32,000 nt of DNA from an uncultured bacterium. Lineage in GTDB: Bacteria > Patescibacteriota > Gracilibacteria > UBA1369 > PNNO01. Positions 9,487 through 16,393 of the stretch are shown in pieces (the first letter of the stretch is position 1; every line of letters starts with the position of its first letter). The notes under the pieces are model-generated. The model did no database searches. It saw nothing but the letters and a program-made list of their open reading frames with translations, and had not been told where the DNA came from. Location: contig OY969931.1 of the NCBI GenBank assembly GCA_963704705.1, positions 720,001 to 752,000 on the forward strand, in the 5' to 3' direction. Made by a program: the position numbers and the translations under genes.

Positions 9487-10410
9487 TCACTCCCCTTCGT
9501 TTAAACCTTCGAGAAAATATTTTTTGGAAAGTGCATAATAGTACATTGTGTAATAGCGATCTTTGCTAAGTTCGCGGATTTTTTTCAAAATAAATATAGT
9601 GATCGGATGCGCGAGCACACTAAATATGAATTTTTTAAATTTAGAAGGTACTTTTTTAAGTTCAGGATATTTTTTATGAATTAAATGTGCTGACTTTCCT
9701 ATATTTTTCATGCGGCTTTCAAGTGATTCTTCTTCCATTGGGTGGAAATGATATGCAATCGCATGTGGATTGTAATAAAGATTCAACTTTTCTTTTTTTG
9801 TTAATCTGTAGCCAAGTTCTATATCTTCCCATCCATAAGAACTAAAACGTGAATCAAAAGGATATTTTTTAAGTAAGGATTTTTTAAGTGAAATATTTGA
9901 TGTATAGAAAAAATTATAATTAGCTTTCTTTTTTCCTCTTAATTTTTCAAAAGCAAACTGATGACCGCCAAATTTACCAAAAATTGACGAACCGTTTGTA
10001 AGCCAATCCATAAAAGGCGTAACTTCCAAACGCGGATCCCAGCCAATAAAACCTAGCACTGCATCGTTTTCATTAATATATTTTCGATGAAATTTCATGT
10101 GTTCTTTAATGAAATCAGGTAAAACAAGAATATCGTCACCTATTAAAATAACTATTTTGCCTTTTGCGTAACGTAAAGCGTAATTTCGTGCTATCCCCTG
10201 CCCTTGATTTTTTTGATAATGATAATGGATTTGAACTTTTGAGTATTTTTTTTCTTTTTCAACGACTTCTGCTGTTGCGTCAGTGCTTCCGTCGTCCACA
10301 ACTATTATTTCGTATTCATCTTTAATAAAATCCTGTTTTTTTAATCGTTCCAAACAGTCCTTTAATATTTCTGCTCTGTTATGGGTGGGAATAATTACGG
10401 TTACCTGCAC
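9487..10410 (-). CDS. Family 2 glycosyltransferase
   Basis: VTVIIPTHNRAEILKDCLERLKKQ, EIIVVDDGSTDATAEVV, NQGQGIARNYALRYAKGKIVILIGDD, and C-terminal SRFSSYGWEDIELGYRL (GT2/GT27-like C domain). GTG start at 10408..10410. Confidence 0.92.
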   Translation of the reverse strand: MQVTVIIPTHNRAEILKDCLERLKKQDFIKDEYEIIVVDDGSTDATAEVVEKEKKYSKVQIHYHYQKNQGQGIARNYALRYAKGKIVILIGDDILVLPDFIKEHMKFHRKYINENDAVLGFIGWDPRLEVTPFMDWLTNGSSIFGKFGGHQFAFEKLRGKKKANYNFFYTSNISLKKSLLKKYPFDSRFSSYGWEDIELGYRLTKKEKLNLYYNPHAIAYHFHPMEEESLESRMKNIGKSAHLIHKKYPELKKVPSKFKKFIFSVLAHPITIFILKKIRELSKDRYYTMYYYALSKKYFLEGLNEGE

Positions 10411-10414
10411 AAAA

Positions 10415-10455
10415 TTAAGTTAGTGACGCTTTAAAATTTTACGTCACTAACTTAA
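10415..10455 (-). terminator. Perfect 14-bp stem-loop between ssb and GT2: terminator or attenuator-like element
   Basis: Arms TTAAGTTAGTGACG (10415..10428) and CGTCACTAACTTAA (10442..10455) with a 13-nt loop. The minus-strand 3' flank is TTTT (10414..10411). Confidence 0.6.
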
Positions 10456-10472
10456 AAATAGAAAGCCAAAAG

Positions 10473-10898
10473 CTATTCTGAATCTTCTTCTGTATTTGGA
10501 TCAACAGGATCAATAGATGCTTTAGGATTGCCGTCTTTATCTTTTTTAAGATTAATAAACTTAATGTTATTTGCAACTATTTCAGTTAAATATTTTGTTT
10601 CGCCTTCTTTGTTTTTATAGCTTCTATTTAACAAAGAACCTTCGAGATAAATTGCTGCACCTTTTTTTAGAAATTCACCTGTAATTTCACCTAACCTGCG
10701 CCATGCAACTACCCTGTGGTAATCGGTTACACTAATCTTTTTACCATTTTCATCTTTCCATTGGCGATTAGTAGCCAACGAAAAGTTTGCTACAGCTTTA
10801 CCTGTAGTTGTTTCCCGCACTTCTGGATCAGCAGCGAGATTTCCCATGAGTGAGACTCTGTTTAAACTCCTCATAATTATTGGGTTAAAAAATATCAC
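10473..10898 (-). CDS. ssb: Single-stranded DNA-binding protein
   Basis: SLNRVSLMGNLAADPEVRETTTGKAVANFSLATNRQW...DYHRVVAWRRLGEITGEFLKKGAAIYLEGSLLNRSY. Likely true start is MRSLNRVSL at 10874. Confidence 0.95.
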   Translation of the reverse strand: MIFFNPIIMRSLNRVSLMGNLAADPEVRETTTGKAVANFSLATNRQWKDENGKKISVTDYHRVVAWRRLGEITGEFLKKGAAIYLEGSLLNRSYKNKEGETKYLTEIVANNIKFINLKKDKDGNPKASIDPVDPNTEEDSE

Positions 10899-11016
10899 TT
10901 AAAGCCTATCAATAAAAAATTAAATTATTCTAAAATAAATCTAAAAAAAATAACCTCGATTTGCTTGTATTTATAAGCAAAATCCAGAATAATAATGAAG
11001 CTGTTAATTCAAACAC

Positions 11017-11631
11017 ATGTTCACCGGAATAATAAAAGATCTTGGAACAATAAAATCTCTTAAAAAAGAAAGTGATAATTTAGTTGCATCAATTGAATCA
11101 AAATTAAAATTTGAAGTTGATGATTCTGTTGCTGTAAATGGTGTTTGTTCAACTGTCACTAAAACCCAAGGCAAAACTTTTACTGTTGAATATATACCTG
11201 AAACACTCAAAGTAACTGACATATCTAAATGGAAACAAGGAGATAAAGTAAATTTGGAACCACCGCTATCACTTGGCGACAAATTAAACGGGCATTTTGT
11301 TCAGGGTCATGTGGATTCAACAGCCAAAATCACAAATATTGAAAACAATGAATTCGTAATATCATTTCCTCGCGAATTTTCAAAATATATCGCACTTAAG
11401 GGTTCGATTTCCGTAGACGGGATAAGTCTTACCATATCAAATCTATCTCAAAATGCTTTTACAGTGTCGCTAATCCCCCATACTTTAAAAAACACAACAC
11501 TGGGATTTAAAAAAGTCGGAGATTTGGTTAATATAGAAGTGGATATGATTTCACGCTATCTAAAACAATTGTTTGATGAACGTGATCATCAAACCAATTA
11601 TGAATTTTTAAAAGAACGCGGATTTATATGA
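11017..11631 (+). CDS. ribE: Riboflavin synthase (alpha subunit)
   Basis: MFTGIIKDLGTIKSL, VDDSVAVNGVCSTVT, GDKLNGHFVQGHVDSTAKI, KGSISVDGISLTI: duplicated lumazine-binding barrels. Confidence 0.96.
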   Translation: MFTGIIKDLGTIKSLKKESDNLVASIESKLKFEVDDSVAVNGVCSTVTKTQGKTFTVEYIPETLKVTDISKWKQGDKVNLEPPLSLGDKLNGHFVQGHVDSTAKITNIENNEFVISFPREFSKYIALKGSISVDGISLTISNLSQNAFTVSLIPHTLKNTTLGFKKVGDLVNIEVDMISRYLKQLFDERDHQTNYEFLKERGFI

Positions 11632-12077
11632 AACAAAACTTATTAAAAAGCATAGATTTAAATGGCAAAGGTATAAATGTTGGAATTGTTATTTCGGAAT
11701 TTAATTATGAAATCGGCGAAAGACTGTTGGAATTTGCTTTAAAAGAACTTGATAATCTAAATGCAACCATAGTTAAAGTTGTTAATGTACCCGGAGCATT
11801 AGAAATTCCTATAGCAACACAAAAACTTATTAAAAAACATAATATTGATGTTATTATTGCTCTTGGAGTTGTTATAAAAGGTGAAACCGATCATTATGAA
11901 CATGTTTCAAGAGAATCTACTCATGCGCTTACAAACCTTGCATTAAAATATAAAACGCCAATTATTCAGGGAATAATCACTGCGCAAAGCAAAGATCTCG
12001 CAAAAGCCAGAGTTGAAAGAGGGATCGAATATGCCAGAACAGCAATTCAAATGGTTCACACACTTAAAAACATTTAA
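11628..12077 (+). CDS. ribH: 6,7-dimethyl-8-ribityllumazine synthase
   Basis: VGIVISEFNYEI, VNVPGALEIPIATQKL, DVIIALGVVIKGETDHYEHV, TPIIQGIITAQ. ATGA overlap with ribE. Confidence 0.95.
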   Translation: MKQNLLKSIDLNGKGINVGIVISEFNYEIGERLLEFALKELDNLNATIVKVVNVPGALEIPIATQKLIKKHNIDVIIALGVVIKGETDHYEHVSRESTHALTNLALKYKTPIIQGIITAQSKDLAKARVERGIEYARTAIQMVHTLKNI

Positions 12078-12088
12078 ATTTAATACTT

Positions 12089-13273
12089 ATGAAACTTAAA
12101 AACATTAAAGATGCCAAAGTTAAAGGCAAAAAAGTACTTATTCGTGTTGATTACAATGTTCCGCTGGAAGACGGCAAAGTAATGGATGATACTAGAATAG
12201 TTGAATCATTGCCAACTATTGAATATTTGTTAAAAGAAGGTGCTAGTATTATTTTGATGTCTCATTTGGGGCGGCCGGATGGTAATAATAACAATGAATT
12301 AAAATTAGACCCTGTTGCAGCTCGATTAAGTGAACTTTTAAAAAAAGATGTTAAAAAAGTTGATAGCTGTATTGGACCTGAAGTAGAAAAAGCAGTTGAA
12401 GAATTACAACCCGGAGATATTTTAATGCTTGAAAACACAAGATTTCACAAAGAAGAAAAAGAAAATGACAAAGATTTCGCAAAAAAACTGGCAGGTTATG
12501 CTGATTTATTTGTAAGTGATGCATTTGGAACTGTCCACAGAGCGCACGCATCAACAGAAGGTGTTGCTCATTATCTCGATTCTTATGCCGGATTTCTAAT
12601 TCAGAAAGAAGTTAAGGCTTTAACTCCCCTGTTAGGTAAAGATGTTGATCATCCATTTGTTCTTTTACTTGGCGGTGCGAAAATCGATACTAAAATTGGT
12701 GTTATTAAAGCATTCTTGGCTAAAGCCGATAAAATATTACTTGGAGGTGGCCTCGCAAATACTTTTGCAGCTGCGCAGGGGTTTGATGTTGGTGAATCTT
12801 TATGCGAACATGACAAACTTGATACTGCCCGTGAAATAATGCTTGATGCTGATAAAAATAATTGTGAAATCTTGATTCCAGGCGGATTTATTGTTGCAGA
12901 TGAAATAGGAGACAATGTATTAACCGCTGATATGGAAATAACCGGTATTGAAGCGAATATGAAAATGCTTGATTTAGGTGTTAAATCTCTAAACAAATAT
13001 ATTGCAATTCTTCAGGATGCCAAAACAATAATCTGGAACGGTCCAGTTGGCCTATACGAGAAGAAACCATTTGAAAGGGGCACTCTTGAAATCGCTGAAG
13101 CTTTGGCTGAAGTAAAAGGAAAAACTTATTTGGGCGGAGGCGACACACTAAGCGCACTTAAACACTTTGGCATAAGTACTGATAAATTCACACATGTATC
13201 AACAGGCGGTGGTGCAATGCTTGAATTATTGGAAGGTAAAGAATTGCCGGGACTTAAGGTGTTGGCTTCTTAA
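12089..13273 (+). CDS. pgk: Phosphoglycerate kinase
   Basis: KVLIRVDYNVPLEDGKVMDDTRIVESLPTIEYLL, IILMSHLGRPDG, RAHASTEGVAHYL, TIIWNGPVGLYEKKPFERGT, TGGGAMLELLEGKELPGLKVL. Confidence 0.98.
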   Translation: MKLKNIKDAKVKGKKVLIRVDYNVPLEDGKVMDDTRIVESLPTIEYLLKEGASIILMSHLGRPDGNNNNELKLDPVAARLSELLKKDVKKVDSCIGPEVEKAVEELQPGDILMLENTRFHKEEKENDKDFAKKLAGYADLFVSDAFGTVHRAHASTEGVAHYLDSYAGFLIQKEVKALTPLLGKDVDHPFVLLLGGAKIDTKIGVIKAFLAKADKILLGGGLANTFAAAQGFDVGESLCEHDKLDTAREIMLDADKNNCEILIPGGFIVADEIGDNVLTADMEITGIEANMKMLDLGVKSLNKYIAILQDAKTIIWNGPVGLYEKKPFERGTLEIAEALAEVKGKTYLGGGDTLSALKHFGISTDKFTHVSTGGGAMLELLEGKELPGLKVLAS

Positions 13274-14036
13274 AAAATTCAATTCTAATTACATCCGAAA
13301 CGTCAATTTCTTCAGGTAAAGATACATATTTAAATCCATTTTGCAGCTGATAAGTACCTTGCATAATTACTTTGCTGTCTTTTTCAATAGTTATTTTTGC
13401 AATAGAATCATTTAAAGATTTTTCATTAATAATTCTTATAAGCATTAAATGGTCTTTTACTGAAATAAAAAAACTATCATTTTTAGCTGTTTCCTGAAAA
13501 TCTTCACGATAATATGCAGTGAATATTGCATCAGGAATTTCAATTGTTAAATTTGCCTTTACCCATTTAATTATATTTCTATCTTGTAAATGACCTGATT
13601 GTTGCCCTTCAACTTTTAATATATGCCTTGGATCATTAACGTAAATTATTTTCTCCCCAACTTTTAATACGATTACTGGTATATCCATACCTGAATTGTC
13701 GGTTTTTTGGGTTTCTATAAATTTACTTATTTTTGCTTTTTCTTGTACTAATTTAGTTCCATAAATAACCCTCATACCTATATATAATGCTGGTGCATCT
13801 GTTTTTGTACTTCTTAATTCAATGATATCGCCTGAAGCAAGTCTAACTATTTGATCCCATTTAATATCTTCCGGGTCAAAACGTTCTTCAGGTTCAATAT
13901 CAGCTAATTCTAAATCTCCTATTCTTGCATTCACACCTGACTCTATTTGCTTAGGCTCAGCATCGGTTGAAGTTGAATCAACTGTTTTAATTTCTTCAGT
14001 ATCTAGTAAGCCGAATTCTTCATTATTATTATCCAT
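13254..14036 (-). CDS. Hypothetical protein
   Basis: 260 aa, no family recognised. 3' end overlaps pgk by 20 nt. Next downstream gene after the threonine-synthase-like fusion on the same strand. Confidence 0.6.
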   Translation of the reverse strand: MDNNNEEFGLLDTEEIKTVDSTSTDAEPKQIESGVNARIGDLELADIEPEERFDPEDIKWDQIVRLASGDIIELRSTKTDAPALYIGMRVIYGTKLVQEKAKISKFIETQKTDNSGMDIPVIVLKVGEKIIYVNDPRHILKVEGQQSGHLQDRNIIKWVKANLTIEIPDAIFTAYYREDFQETAKNDSFFISVKDHLMLIRIINEKSLNDSIAKITIEKDSKVIMQGTYQLQNGFKYVSLPEEIDVSDVIRIEFFKKPTP

Positions 14037-14105
14037 AATATTAAAAAAAGGATATAATTATAAATTATAACCTTAAATTAGTCAATATATTACTATTTAA
14101 AATTT

Positions 14106-15956
14106 TTATTTTTTTTGATTCTTCCAGTAAAGGGCATTGTAGCCTCTTACATAGGCATCGGTTGAAGCCTGAATTATGTCAGGTGATGTTGCGCTACCAA
14201 CTACTTTTTCACCGCTTTTATCACTCATTTTGATATTCACTTCAACTGCGGCATCAGTTCCTGCAGAATGAATAGTTACTTTATAATCTAATAACTTAAC
14301 ATTCAACTTGTCGTCTTTTTGTACTGCTTTTTTAAGTGCATTAATTATTGCATCAACCGGACCAACACCTTCGCCTTTAGCACAAATTTCGTTGCCCATA
14401 AACAAAATATCAATTTTAACTTTAGGGGGGTTTGTTTTATTGATTTGAAGGTCAAAATCTTTAACAATCAAAACGGGTTTCTTAGAAGAATACTCTTTCA
14501 AAACATTTTCCACGATTTTTTGAAGATCACTTTCGGTTACAGCCTTACCTTTTCCGGCAAAATTAAGTAGTTCTCCGTGTACCTGCCGTAAATGATCTCC
14601 TTTAATTAAAATATCAAATTTTTCTTGGATAATTTCCTGAAGTTGTTTTTCAGTTGGCATCTTTTTCCACAAAGTTTTTCGTTCATGCGAGGATGCAGCG
14701 CGTAATTTATAAAGTTTATGTTTTAAATACCTGTTTATATCTTCTCTATTTGGCTCCAAAGATGGTGGACTAGGAAGATTGGACATAGCAGTAATAGGGT
14801 CCTTAAGCCCATTCCCGGTTCCGATAACAACAACTGTTTCGTTTTTATTAAACTTTCCTTTTTCAGCTAATTTTTGCAAAGCAGCAACCCCTAAAGCACC
14901 AGAAGGTTCCAAAAATATTGATTCTTCATAACCCAGTAAATGTTCTGCGTTAAGGGTATCAATATCATCAACAGCAATCGCCATTCCCTCTGATTCTTTA
15001 ATAGCTCTGAGTACAAGCTGGCCGTCAAGCGGATAATTTACTGCCACAGCACTGCAAACTGTATCTATATGTTCGATAGATTTAACTTTACTTGAATGAT
15101 TTTTAAAAGCATTTACAACTGTTTTACAACCTGTTGGCTGAACACCAATTAATTTAGGCAGCTTATTGATAAAGCCCATTTTATAAAATTCTTTAAATCC
15201 TTTCCATATAGCTGACAAATTAGTTCCGCAGCCAATAGGACAAATTACATAATCCGGAGCTCTCCAGAATAATTGTTCACATATTTCATAAGCTTGTGAC
15301 TTTTGACCCTCTCTTCTGAACACATAATCCCCTGCCAGATAAAATCCGTTATCTTCAGCAACCTGAGCAGCTAATCTCGCACATTCACTGTATTCACCTC
15401 TAATCAATAATACACGCGCTCCATACGAAATAGTCTGGCTTAATTTACCAATTGGCGTATTTTCAGGCACCATTACATAGCAAGGTATACCTGCTACTGT
15501 AGAATAAGCCGCAACAGATGCAGCCATATTACCAGAAGATGCAAGACAAATAGCTTTTGCTCCTAATTCAAGTGCTTTTGTAACTTCAACAAGGGTTCCC
15601 CGATCTTTAAAAACTCCGGTTGGATTTGCACCTTCATTTTTAATATAAATATTTGAAAGTCCGAATTTTTTGCAAAGTTTTCGTGCATGATATAAAGGTG
15701 TGCCACCTTCTTTTAAGCTTACAATCTTTTCCAAATCCAAAATAGGATAAAAATCCAGATATTTCATTGCTGAAATTGCAGTATGCTTAATTGAGAAAAT
15801 ATTCATTCTACGTTTAATTCTTTCATAATCGTAAATTACATCCAAAGCTCCATTACATTTAGGACAAAAAGTAGATGTTTGTTTTTCATCGTATTCATTT
15901 TTACACTCAATACATTTAAGTTTGTAGAATTTTGTAGTACTGCTACCGTTAGGCAT
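14106..15956 (-). CDS. Threonine-synthase-like PLP-dependent enzyme fused to isopropylmalate-synthase (LeuA)-type subdomain and regulatory domain
   Basis: N-terminal zinc-ribbon-like CIEC..CPKC; PLP-lysine region EGANPTGVFKDRG; SSGNMAASVAAYS; IGCGTNLSA; VVVIGTGNGLKDP. Residues about 512-616 (nt 14109..14423) read GEGVGPVDAIINALKKA...LLDYKVTIHSAGTDAAVEVNIKMS...GSATSPDIIQASTDAYVRGYNAL, which matches the LeuA C-terminal allosteric domain. Residues about 435-511 (ELLNFAGKGKAVTESDLQKIV) match the LeuA linker subdomain. Confidence 0.85.
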   Translation of the reverse strand: MPNGSSTTKFYKLKCIECKNEYDEKQTSTFCPKCNGALDVIYDYERIKRRMNIFSIKHTAISAMKYLDFYPILDLEKIVSLKEGGTPLYHARKLCKKFGLSNIYIKNEGANPTGVFKDRGTLVEVTKALELGAKAICLASSGNMAASVAAYSTVAGIPCYVMVPENTPIGKLSQTISYGARVLLIRGEYSECARLAAQVAEDNGFYLAGDYVFRREGQKSQAYEICEQLFWRAPDYVICPIGCGTNLSAIWKGFKEFYKMGFINKLPKLIGVQPTGCKTVVNAFKNHSSKVKSIEHIDTVCSAVAVNYPLDGQLVLRAIKESEGMAIAVDDIDTLNAEHLLGYEESIFLEPSGALGVAALQKLAEKGKFNKNETVVVIGTGNGLKDPITAMSNLPSPPSLEPNREDINRYLKHKLYKLRAASSHERKTLWKKMPTEKQLQEIIQEKFDILIKGDHLRQVHGELLNFAGKGKAVTESDLQKIVENVLKEYSSKKPVLIVKDFDLQINKTNPPKVKIDILFMGNEICAKGEGVGPVDAIINALKKAVQKDDKLNVKLLDYKVTIHSAGTDAAVEVNIKMSDKSGEKVVGSATSPDIIQASTDAYVRGYNALYWKNQKK

Positions 15957-15965
15957 AGAATTTCA

Positions 15966-16337
15966 TTAAATAATTGCGATACATTCGATTTCAACCATCA
16001 CATCTTTTGGAAGCCGTGAGACTTCAACAGTAGCTCTTGCAGGCTTATGCCTTTCAAAAAAACTTGAATAAACTTCATTTACAACTTGAAAATTATCCAT
16101 GTTATCAAGGTAGATAGTTGTTTTAACAACTTTATCAAAACTGCTTCCTGCTTCTTTTAAAACTTCAAATAAATTATTCATTACCTGATGAGTTTGGGCC
16201 TGTGCATCCTCACCAACAATATCGCCATTTTTATTTAATGCGATTTGACCTGAACAAAATAAAAAACCATTGGCTTTAACTGCCTGAGAATAAGGGCCGA
16301 TTGCCTGAGGAGCATTATCACTTGAAACCGTTTCCAT
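15966..16337 (-). CDS. ridA: RidA/YjgF/YER057c/UK114 family reactive intermediate deaminase
   Basis: APQAIGPYSQAVKANGFLFCSGQIALN, VVKTTIYLDNMDNFQVVNEVYSSFF, KPARATVEVSRLPKDVMVEIECIA; the catalytic Arg context (ARATVEV) is intact. Confidence 0.93.
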   Translation of the reverse strand: METVSSDNAPQAIGPYSQAVKANGFLFCSGQIALNKNGDIVGEDAQAQTHQVMNNLFEVLKEAGSSFDKVVKTTIYLDNMDNFQVVNEVYSSFFERHKPARATVEVSRLPKDVMVEIECIAII

Positions 16338-16393
16338 AATAAAAAAATTAATTACACCTTGTTTACATTAATATTTTTTAAAGGTGAAATCAA

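Noticed and set aside
10956-10984. Small imperfect hairpin GATTTGCTT/AAGCAAAATC upstream of ribE considered as a riboswitch
   Set aside because: No RFN consensus blocks are present and the hairpin is short with a bulge. Not enough to call a regulator.
14319-14570. 83-aa plus-strand ORF antisense to the LeuA-like domain
   Set aside because: Shadow ORF of the coding minus strand, Phe/Asn-rich, with no independent start signals.
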